Assembly: GCA_051313645.2 (NCBI GenBank)
Contig: JBNRSN020000016.1
Coordinates: 64,790,001 to 64,854,000 of the forward strand
Direction: 5' to 3'
From: Centroscyllium fabricii
Taxonomy: Eukaryota
Length of the DNA stretch: 64,000 nt
Part shown: positions 25,001 through 37,000 of the stretch, one piece after another
Layout: each line of letters starts with the position of its first letter
Numbering within the stretch: position 1 is the stretch's first letter
Made by a program: the position numbers and the translations under genes
Notes under the pieces: model-generated
The model's input: only the letters and a program-made list of their open reading frames with translations
What the model was told of the DNA's origin: nothing
The model's database searches: none

Positions 25001-28000
25001 CATACTCATGTGAGTCGGCCAACGTTGTCTACCTCATACGTTGCAGGAAAGGATGCCCCGGAGCATGGTACATCAGCAAGACCATGCAGACACTGCGACA
25101 ACGGATGAACAGACACCGCACAACAATCGCCAGGCAGGAGTGTTCCCTTCCAGTCGGGGAACACTTCAGCAGTCAAGGACATTCAGCCTCCGATCTTCGG
25201 GTAAGCATTCTGCAAGACGGCCTTCGAGACACACGACAATGCAAAATCGTCGAGCAGAAACCGATAGCCAAGTTCCACACTCATGAGGACGGCCTCAACC
25301 AGGATCTTGGGTTCATGTCACGCTACATGTAACCCCACCTGATGTAGAGTCATCCAGACTCGAGTCGTCGTTGGCTTATTCTCTCTACACAGATGCGGCT
25401 GGACCTGCTGTGATTTCCAGCAAAACATTTTCTTTTTCATTTTATTTTTTATTGCTTTTTGTCTGTTTTTTGTTCTTACAGACCCCAGCATGTGCAACAT
25501 TTGACTCCTTGTGACTATATATGCTCTGCCTTTATGCATCTCTTCACTTCACCTGACAAAGGAGCAACGCTCCGAAAGCTTGTGTGTTCAAATAAAACTG
25601 TTGGACTATAACCTGGTGTTGTGTGACTTCTTACATTTGTCCACCCCAGTCCAACACCAGCACCTCCACATTATTGAATGGTGGAGCAGGCTGCAGGAGC
25701 AGTATGGCCTACTTCTGCTCCTATTTCTTATGTTCTTAAAACCTCGACTGAAAGAATATTCCAAAATTCCTTTAAATTTAGCTTACAGAACAACTGAAAC
25801 AGACATCAGAAGACAGGGAGGGATGGAGTAATTTGCTTATGCATGCTTTTGCACTGCTGCGCAAGTGCATTAATTCTTCACCTCAGTCCAGAGTTAGGCC
25901 TTGCCCTGGAATACCAAGGTGTGTGGTGCTGTCCTTTGGGTGAGGGAGTACCCAGGGTTAAGGCTTCTGATTCTGCATGGGGTTGGGAAAGACTGGAATG
26001 AAAAAGTTGATGGGTAAGTTTTGGATTTTGGGCAGGGTGAAATACTGAATTATGTATGTGTGAATTATGTTGTGAAGTTTATTTTGAGAACACATTGTGG
26101 TGGCTGGTTCTTGAAGAATGTTTTTTCTGCTATTCTCCAAGTAACTAATATATAACTCTAGTTTGTTAGCAAAAAATGTTCGTAAATCTGTGTAATTTTC
26201 ACTTTAAAGCTAAGACTTCATTTTTTTAATACTACCTATTGTACAGAACCAAATGCTATGCATTTTGCTGTTGGTAATTATCTCACACACAAACTCATGG
26301 GCAATTTTTAGTATCTCCAATTCACCTAACCTGCATGTCTTTGGGTGGTGGGAGGAAACCGGAGTACCCGGAGGAAACCCACACTAACACGGGGAGAACA
26401 TGCAAACTCCACGCAGCGAGGTCCCGGGCCAAGCAGGATTCGAACCCAGGAGCTCCTTATTGCGAGGCAGTAGTGCTAACCATTGCGCCACCATGTCGTC
26501 CACAAGAGTCATTAGAGCTATAGAATGTCATTTTTAGCTTGGTTGCCCTGATGCCTTTGCTTATAATTAGACTGCCTAGCACGTTACTGAGCCATGCAGA
26601 CCATAACGTCTGTGGCTCAATTCCAAGTCTGTGTGCTGTGTTAGCTGAACTCAGCTAAGGCAGCAGTTGGATTGCTACAATTGGCCTCTTATGCACCTGG
26701 GTTAAGGAAGGAAAGATTAGCCAAGGTTCCTGCTCCTGTTTATTCACCAGTGACCCTCTCTGCTAGACATGAGGTGCGGGCAGGATAAAACTCATGATAC
26801 TTTCCCATGGGTTAATAGCATGCTAATTCACTGCTCATCATTTAAGCTCGCATATGAATAATGTCCCCTTGGACAGAGTACAGGAGTGCTGCCGGTGCCT
26901 GTGTAACCGTACCACCACAGGAATCCAACATCTTCAGGATAGGAGGGGAGAAAATTAGATGTGGTAAGACTAGCTCATGGACAATATAGTTGTATGTATC
27001 TTGTATATAAATATCTGAAATTAGTTTTTGTCTATTGCTTACTGCAGATTACTGTGCAGCTTGAGCCTACAGAAGCTGATGGTTGGACACAACCATCTTC
27101 AGAGTCTCCCCAGTCACCTGGAACACACACCGCTGGAGGTTTTCGATGTTCAACATAATCAACTAAATGAGCTTCCAGAATGCCTTTTCCTCAAGGCTTT
27201 GAAGTAAGTAAAACATGTTTATGCTATGTATTACGATACGCTCTTGTACTGTAGAAGGATTTGTGACTGAAGACAAAAAACAATGAAGGAAATGGAGTAC
27301 TGTAGAATGTTATCTAATATTACAAATTATTTAATATTTTAAGTGATTTGCTGTCATGAGGTAAAATATGAAAGAAGTGTATGCAAGTAGGAATTTTGTG
27401 GCCTTGTTTATTTTCTTTGTTCGAGTGAGGCGTATTCTTTGGTGGTTTGTAAAGGATTTTTTTAAATCATGGAAATGGATGCTGGCTCTGGTACTATTAT
27501 TTCTTTTTTTGCACTGCTAACAATATAAATTTTAGACAAACTGGTATGTGATCATTTTTGTCCCTCACAATATTGCTACACCAGTTGCATGCATACAGTA
27601 ATGTCAAACAGCTTACTCATTGGCGTTCTTTGTTTCTCAAATCTAGAAAACATAAATCACAAACTAATTAACATTCACACTGAAATGCAAAGCTCAATGA
27701 CTACTACAGTAAGTTTATGCTAAGTAACTGATTAGGTTTAGAGTAGTGCAAACATTAATTGTACATTTGAATACCTTTGAGGAACTTGTTTGTCAACAGT
27801 AAAGCACAGGATTGTTTGTTTAAAACAAAACTGCTTCAGAATAAGTTGCGAACTAATGGTTTATTCATTATAAAACTTCTGACTTGCATCATATGTGCCA
27901 CCAGGGAGACATGCAAAACTAGAAAAAAATACAGTTTGTGAGAAACTGGAAGAGATTTTTTTTTACTCTCCTCCCATGCCATTTTTGAAGACGGTGATTT

Positions 28001-31000
28001 ATTGGGCAATTTAGTTCCATGGATCACGAATCAGTCCTTCAATACCTCACTTCGAGAAGCCATAGGTGAGCGATAGTGGCTTGGCTGAGGTCAGAAGTGC
28101 ACGTTATGTGAAGGCGATCCATGTCCTGTTGCTCTGTGATGCAATGTATTAGGGCTCCAGAGAGATGCACTACTGCCACTATTATCTGTCCTTTAAATAT
28201 TTCTAAATATAATCTTGATTTTAGTAAAATAAATCAAAACTCAGCTTCCCTTTCTATGCTTCTACTCTTCTCTGTAAATATATTTTTGGGTCTAATCCTG
28301 TCTCATTAAAGTAAATTGATGATTCTTTCACTGATACATTTCACCTTTCTTTATATGTTTTTTGACTTGTATAATATCAACAGTTAATGTTCTGATGAAT
28401 AGTCATCGACCTGAAACGTTAACTCTGTTTCTCTCTCCACAGATGCTGCCTGACCTGCTGAGTATTTCCAGCACTTTCTACTTTTACTTATTTTTTTATT
28501 ATTCATTGATGGGATGTGGGCGTCGCTGGCTGGCTAGGCCTGCATTTAGTGCCCATCCCTAATTGCCCTTGAGAAGATGGTGGTGAGCCGCCGCCTTGAA
28601 CCGCTGCAGTCCATATGGTGTAGGTACACCCACAATGTTGCGTAGCGGTTGTTTACAACTGAGTGGCTTGCTGGGCCATTTCAGAGAGCATTAAGAGACA
28701 ACCATATTGCTGTGGGTCTGGAGTCACATGTAGGCCAGACCAGGTAAGGACGGCAGATTTCCTTCCCTAAAGGACATTAGTGAACCAGATGGTTTTTTGC
28801 AACAATCGACAATGGTATCATGGTCGCCATTACTAAGAATAACATTTAATTCCAGAATTAAATTGAATTGAATTTAAATTCCACCAGCTGCCATGGTGGG
28901 ATTTGAACCCATATCCTCAGAGCATTTGACTGAGCCTCTGGCTTACTAGTCTAGTGACATAACCACTACGCCACTGCCTCCCCTCAACAACACTCGAGAA
29001 GCTTTACATCATCCAGGACAAAGCAGTCCACTTGATTGGCGCTTCACCCACCAGCCTAAACATCCACTCCCTCCACCACTGGTATATTGTGGCTGCAGTG
29101 CGCACTATCTGCAGGCTGCACTGCAGAAAGTCATCAAAGATTCTTCGGCATCACTTCCCAAACCCATGTGCTCCAGCACCCAGAAGGACAAAGGCAATAG
29201 TTGCACGGGAACACCATCACTCCCAAGTTCCCCTCAGTCGCACACAATCCTGACTTGGAATTGTATCGCCGTTCCTTCATTGTTGCTGGGTCAAAAACCT
29301 GGAACTCCCCACCAAAACAGCATTGTGGGAGCACCATCACCACACGGACTGCAGCGATTCAAGAAGGCCCTCCACCACTCTCGAGGGCTGCTAGGGATGG
29401 GCAGTAAACGCCAGCAATGCCCACACCCAAGAATTACCTTTTTTTTAAATTAAGCAATATTTCAATTACTCCATTGAAAAATGTATTTTTGTTTCTTTTA
29501 GCTTGCGATGTCTCAATGTGTCTGCTAACAATCTGGAATCACTGCCTCCTAGCAGCGATACTGAAGAGAGTCTCAGTGTGTTGCAAGAGCTTTATTTAAC
29601 CGGGAACAACCTGACTGATAAGTGTGTGCCGGTGCTGACTGGGCACCCACGCCTTCGGGTCCTCCATATGGCTTACAACCAGCTTCAGTCATTCCCAGCC
29701 AGGTAAAGCACTATGTCTTTGTATAGCAAGGAATCAGTAACTGCTCAACTAATATCTATGGAATCATAAATTTTACCTATGTTTTGAAACTTATTCAACA
29801 TAAAGGAAACAATTTGGTGGAGTGGATTGGTCATTCACAACTAAAATGTCGTAGCTCAGTATTTAAAACTGGCTGTCTCGGAGCGGCTACAGAGCATTTT
29901 GGAAGGGGAGGGTGAACAGCCAGTTGTCGTGGTGCATATAGGTATGAACGATACAGGTAAAAACCGGGATGAGGTCCTAAAAGCCGAATATAGGGAGATG
30001 GGAGGTAAATTTTAAAAATAGGACCTCAAGGGTAGTAATCTCAGGATTGCTGCCAGTGCCACGTGCTAGTCAGAGTAGAAATAGAAGGATATTTCAGATG
30101 AATATGTGGCTAGAGGAATGGTGCAAGGGGGAGGGATTCGAATTCCTGGGACATTGGAACGGGTTCTGGGAGAGGTGGGACCAGTATAGCACCTGGGCAG
30201 GACCGGGACCGATGTCCATGGGGGAGTGTTTGCTAATGCTATTGGGGAGGGTTTAAACTAAAATGGCAGGGGGTTGGGAACCTGTGCAGGGAGACAGAGG
30301 AAAGGGAAACAAGGATAGAAACAAAAGACAGGAAGGAGAAAAGCAAAAGTGGATGGCAGAGAAATCAAAGGTTTAAATCAAATAGTAACACAGTAAATAA
30401 TAATTCTAAAAGGTCTAAGAGTGTAAAAAAAAATTCAAAGATCACATGGATGAACTACAGAATTTGTTCATTCCTGTTTGGCATAAACATAAAACACAAA
30501 AGGTGACTCAAACGTGGCTAACAAGGGAAATTAGGGATAGCATGAGATCCAAGGAGAGGACATATAAATTGTCCAGAAAAAGTAGTAAACCTGAGGATTG
30601 GGAGCAGTTTAGGATTCAGCAAAGGAGGACAAAGGGATTAATTAAGAGGGGGAAAATAGAGTATGAGAGTAAGCTTGCAGGGAACATATAAACTGACTGT
30701 AAAAGCTTTTATAGATATGTGAAGAGAAAAAGATTGGTGATGTGAAGCGTAGGTCCCTTGCAGTCAGAATCGGGGAATTTATAATGGGGAACAAAGAAAT
30801 GGCAGACCAATTAAATATATACTTTGGTTCTGTCTTCACAAACGAGGACACAAATAACCTCCCAGAGATGTCGAGGAACATAGGGTCTAATGAAAGGGAG
30901 GAACTGAAAGAAATCAGTATTTGTACTGAAATGGTGTTGGGGAAATTGATGGGATTGAAGGCCGATAAATCCCCAGGGCCTGATAATCTACATCCTAAGG

Positions 31001-34000
31001 CACTTAAGGAAGTGGCCCTAGAAATAGGAGATGCATTGCTGGTCATCTTCCAAAATTCTATAGACTCTGGAACAGTACCCATGGATTGGAGGTTAGCTAA
31101 TGTTACCCCACTACTCAAAAAAAGGTGGTAGAGAGGAAAATGGGCAATTAGTGGGGAAAATGCTAGAGTCCATTATAAAAGATGTAATAGTGGAGCTCTT
31201 GGAAAACAGTGACTAGATTTGACAAAGTCAACATGGATTTACAAAGGGTAAATCGTGCTTGACCAATCTGCTGGAATTTTTTGAGGATGTAACTGGTAAA
31301 ATAGATGAGGGAGAACCAGTGGATGTAGTGTATTTGGGCTTTCAAAAGACGTTCAATAAGGTCCCACATAAGAGATTAGCATGTAAAGTTAAGGAACATG
31401 GAATTGGGGGCAAGGTGTTGACTTGGATAGAGAACTGGTTGGCAGACAGAAAGCAAAGAGTTGGAATAAACGGGTCTTTTTCCGAGTGGCAGGCAGTGAC
31501 CAGTGGGGTACCGCAGGGATCGGTCCTTGGACCCCAGCTATTCACAATATATATTAATGATCTAGACGAGGGAACTAGATGTAATATCTGCAACTTTGCA
31601 GACGACACAAAGCTGGGTGGGCATGTGTGCTGTGAGGAGGATGCAGAGAAACTCCAGTATGATTTGGACAGGTTGGGTGATTGGGCAGAAGCATGGCAGA
31701 TGCAATATAACGTGGATAAATGTTAGGTTATCCACTTTGGTGTCAAAAACAGGAAGGCAGATTATTATTTGAATGGCAATAGATTGGGAGAAGGGGGAAG
31801 TGCAACGAGACCTGGGTGTCCTTGTGCACCAGTCGCTGAAGGTAAGCATGCAGGTGCAGCAGGTGGTTAAGAAGGCAAATGGTATGTTGGCCTTTGTAGT
31901 GAGAGGATTTGAGTATAGGAACAAGGATGTCTTGCTGCAGTTGTACAGGGCCTTGGTGAGACCGCACCTCGAATAATGTGTGCAGTTTTGGTCACCTTAT
32001 CTGAGGAAGGATGTTCTTGCCATGGAAGGAGTGCAGCGAAGATTCACCAGACTGATACCTGGGATGGCAGGAATGACGTATGAGGGGAGATTGGGTCGAT
32101 TGGGCTTATACTCGCTGGAGTTTAGAAGAACGAGATGGGATCTCATTGAAACTTATAAAATTCTAAAAGGACTAGACAGACCCGATGCAGGATGGATGTT
32201 CCCGATGGTGGGGGAGTCTAGAACCAGGGGTCACAGTCTAAGGATAAGGGATAAGCCATTTAGGACTGAGATGAGCAGGAATTTCTTCACCCAGAGAGTG
32301 GTGAACCTGTGGAATTCTCTACCACAGAAGGCAGTAGAGGCCAATTCATTAAATATATTCAAGAAGGAGTTAGATATATTTCTTAAGGCTAAAGGGATCA
32401 AGCGATATGGAGAGAAGGCAGGGACAGGGTACTGAATTTGGATGATCAGCCATGATCTCATTGAATGGTGGAGCAGGCTCAAGGGGCCGAATGGCCTACT
32501 CCTGCTCCTATCTTCTATGTTTCTTGTCTACTTGGGTAAAGCTATTTTGAAGAAATAATACGTGATTGAAAATAGTTTGCTGTCCAGTGACTCCTGCCAG
32601 AAAGTGCATGTGTGGATATTAAGTGGAAGCTAGATAAGCACATAGGGAGAAAATAATGGAAGGATCTGCTGATGGGGTTAGATGAAGAGGGATGGTAGGA
32701 GGCTTGTGTGAAGCATAGACCAATGACCCATTTCTGAGGTGTAAATTCTATGTAATTTCATGTAATACCGAATGAAGACAGTTTTCAGCTTGGCTGTGAT
32801 GCCCTCTGTGGTTCAATAGCTGCTTTCAATAAAGGGCACTTTTTTGGTAGGGGAGTAGTTGGAAGTGTGGACCACAGAACTGCTGACACCTGTAGAATTA
32901 TAAGTCATCATGTGTTACTATCTTCAGGAGAGGTGGGGAGAGAGCAGGAATATTTAACTGTATTAAATTAAATGCACTGCTTCACTGTTGCCAGTTTAAG
33001 TTGAAAAGGCAGCTGAGCAAATGATTGATTGAACCAAATCAACTGTTGTGCTGCATTTGCACATCATAATTGCAACATGAGTTGCTCATTTAAATTACAT
33101 CAACAGAAGTTAAGCATATTGCTGCAGCAGTTGTGACTGAAAATGAAATCTAAATAAATTCCTTCAAAATTTAGTTTTTTAATTTAGCAACTTATTTATT
33201 TGACCTTAAATTTCTTTTTAAATAACACAAGGTCCTGAATCAAAAATAGCTTCTGCACCATTCTTTGCTAAACCTAGGAGATATTTGACACTTCAACAGA
33301 CTGAGGAATAGCCTTTCCTTTGGCAAATAAGAACTAGCTTCGAGTTTTTCATTGGGCAAAGTTTAAGAACTCGATCCACACTAAATGCTTTGCATCAGCA
33401 CGTGTTGTACCTGTAAACACTGTAATATGATATGCACAGTAATGTGATGGACACAGTTGTTATGGAGAACATAAGAAACAGGAACAGGAACAGGAGTAGT
33501 CCAATCGGCCCCTCGCACCTGCTCCACCATTCATTAAGATCATGGCTGATCCAGTCTTGGCCTCAACACCACTTTCCCACTCTCTCCTCATAACCCTTGG
33601 CTCCCTTGTAGTTCAAATGTCTCAATCTCCACCTTGAATATATTCAATGACTCCACCTCCACAGCTCTCTGGGGTAGAGAATTCCAAAGATTCACCACCC
33701 TCTGAGAGAAGAAATTCCTCCTCATCTCCGTCTTAAATAGGCGACCCCTTATTCTGAAACTATGACCCCTAGTTCTACATACCCCCACTAGGGGAAACAT
33801 CCTCTCAGCATCCACCCTGTCAATCCCCCTAAGTATTTTACTATGTTTCAATAAGATCACCTCATTTTTCTAAACTCCAATGAGTATAGGCCCAACCTGC
33901 TCATCTTTTTTGTGCTCATCAACTTTTGTCTATTGGTTCTTGGGTTTAGTACAGTTTTTAAAGTTTTAGTAATGGAAAATCTCCGCTACTGTGCTCAGAT

Positions 34001-37000
34001 ACCGAGTACAGCTCTTTAAATATCCCACATCAACAATCCTTTACAGCCTTTGATTGAGGCTGCTGCCTTAGCAAACACCACCCATAATTCAGCAGAATTT
34101 GACACTAAGGGCCTGATCTTACTAGGAATTGGGTAAGACTGCCCAAATTCATTTCACTTAATGACATCTACATAGCTTTCAAACATGGATCTTTAGAGAG
34201 AGGAGATATTCATTTATGGATCTGGGTTGGATTCAAAGCAAGGTCTCGCATGTGAAAGGAGACTTTGCTAATCTCCTGTGCCAGGTAATGATTTGGTGAT
34301 GTCACAGGTTTGTTTTAGTGGTGTAATTAAATTCTATCCCACTGGTATGCTAATTAGTTTTACTCTCTTCCTTCAGTAAGCTGTCAAAGCTAGAGCTTCT
34401 AGAGGAGCTGAATCTAAGTGGGAACAAACTGAAGGCTGTTCCTACCACCATCACCAGTTGCAAGCGATTACACACACTCATCGTTCACTCCAACAGCATT
34501 GCCGTCTTTCCAGAGATCCTGCACTTACCTGAGATCAAGGTGCAAAATGTGGTTTGAGTGGTTCTGATGGTGTTTCATGATATTTCCCCCAGCACTATGT
34601 TTATTTTTTCAGAACATAGTATCTTTTTACACACAGCCACCATTTATATCTCCTCCATCTTCTCCATTTGCACTATCACTCCGTACTTTTCGCCACATTT
34701 CTTCCCACGTGTGCTGTTTGGCTTTCCTGTGGTCATATTGCTTTCTAATGGTAGGTCTGTGGTATGATTGGCATATGGTATCTTAGCAGATGACTCAAAT
34801 AGATTGCTGCTAATGTACCCCAAAACTCTCTTACAATTTCCTTATTCTAGCTGGTTTTCCTTCAGATGTAATAAAACTAGGTTGTCATGTTTCTTTATGT
34901 AACATATTAAAACCATTTGGGAAGATGCAAGTAGACGTCAATGTTGGAAATTGCAATTTTAAACAATTACATATATGTAGATTTTATTTTGCTTGCAGTG
35001 CTGTGGAATCTGGCCACTAACACAAATTGAGTGGTTGTCAGTGCAACACTATGGGCCTCAGGCAAAGAGCTCTATTATAAATAGGCTAACCGTATTTCAG
35101 TTTCTGCTGGGCGGGTAGGGTTAAAATCACTTCCATATTTCAGAAAATCGAGGAGGATCTTCTCCAGTTTCTAATTTTCACACGAAGTGATGAGGGGACT
35201 ATGTTTCAATCTTGTGCCACAATTAGTTTGAGGACCATGGATGATGAGTCGCTGTAAATCATCATTCGCCTCTGCTTTTAATCTCACTTATTATGCAATT
35301 TACATCTGCATTAACATCTGGTTTGACTCAGTGGAAACTTAAAACAAAACTGTGCATCTCTCCCTGCTGCAGTTTGAAATAGTTAGATGGCAGCAAGCAG
35401 CTACTACAGTGACAGTTAAAATAATGTGGGCTTCCAGTCACCATTCCTTACCTAATTGTATATTTTTCCTTTGCTTTATCTCTGGGTAGTTTGAGCTAAA
35501 CTGCATTGGATAACTGTCGAGTTTATCTATTGGTCATTTATTCTCTTGCTCTGTTGGTATGTGATTAAGCAAACATTATTGTTCACTCACAGCTGATACC
35601 AGCGTTAGCATTAACTTATTTAACTCCAATTTTCTTTGTCCTATTTTAGCTAGTTGATCTCAGCTGTAATGAGCTTACAGAGATCTTGATGCCCGAGACC
35701 CTTCCAGCCACCCTGCAAGAGCTGGACTTGGCTGGCAACACAAACCTGGTCCTTGACCACAAGACCCTGGAGATTTTCAGGTAGGTTACGTCCTGTTCAG
35801 ATAGTGTCAATACAGGTATCATTTAAACAATAAATTAAAACTGAAAATGCTGGAAACACTCAACTGGTCAGGTAGCATCTGTGGAGAGAGCCACTGAGTT
35901 AATGTTTCAGGTTGATGACCTTTCAACAGAATTGGAAGATGTTAGAGATGAAAAGCAAGAAAAGAGCCAGGGAAAAGTGGGCAGTAAAATAACAAAAGGG
36001 TGAGGTCTGTGATAGGGTAGAAGGCAGGATTGACTGAATAACTGAAGTAAGCCCCCAAACTGCAGACCAAGTGATATACAAGGTCGACGACACTGGCTTG
36101 TTGAAAGAAAGACAGACCCAGTAATTGAAGTCACAATGGTTTATTTCAGGCCTTGGGAGTCCCTTCACGTCCCTATGTGAAGCCAACTCGGTGAGCCGTT
36201 AAAAAACACATACATTTATACACAATAGCTGCACTACCTCCTCGGGGATCCAACCAATTTAAAGAGTTACACATATTTCATTTACCCGGGAGTGGCTCTT
36301 GACACATATAGATAACATACAATGATCTCAACATCTTGTCTAGTAAGTTTCGTTTTCTGCAGAAACTCGTCAGAGCTTGTAAGTTTTGTTTCCTCTGTTC
36401 TGCAAGTCAAATATAAGGCTGTTAGCATGTCCAGTCTGTAACCCTTTGTGAGCTCATCTGCTATAGACCTGCTTTTCCTACAAATAAATCTTGATACTTG
36501 CCCTCTATGTGTTCAATTTTTACTATTCTACTTCAATAACCAAACAAAATGATGATGGAGCAAGGCAAAAGGAGGTGATGGTGAGACAAGTATAGAAACA
36601 GAAGATTGGTCCAGAGGAGGTGTAAATGGTTACAGTGGGAGGGAAGCATAGAAAATCTAGCAAAGAGAAGACTCCTGTAGCCCAGGAATGTCGCGGACCA
36701 TGTAGGACTCCGCCTTATACAATAGCCTTTTATGTGGTATTTTGTCAAAGACTTTTTGAAAGTAGATATACGTTCTTGACTGGTCTTCCAACATCCATCA
36801 AAGTGTAATTTTCTTAAAAATTCAACTAATTTGGTGAGAAAGAATTTCTTTTCAAGAAGCAGTGCTGAGATTCCCTTTAAACAAAAAAAAAACACCTCAA
36901 TTAAGGTGCTCATGCAGTGCATGTATAATGATTCCTTCTAGCAACCTGCTTATAAACAAAGACAAACTATTGAGCTTGTAGTTTTCTGGTTCTGACTTAT

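Noticed and set aside
24200-25332. Active or domesticated Penelope RT-endonuclease gene
   Set aside because: 5'-truncated, two frameshifts, catalytic YIDD reads YINN, and YIG reads YIS.
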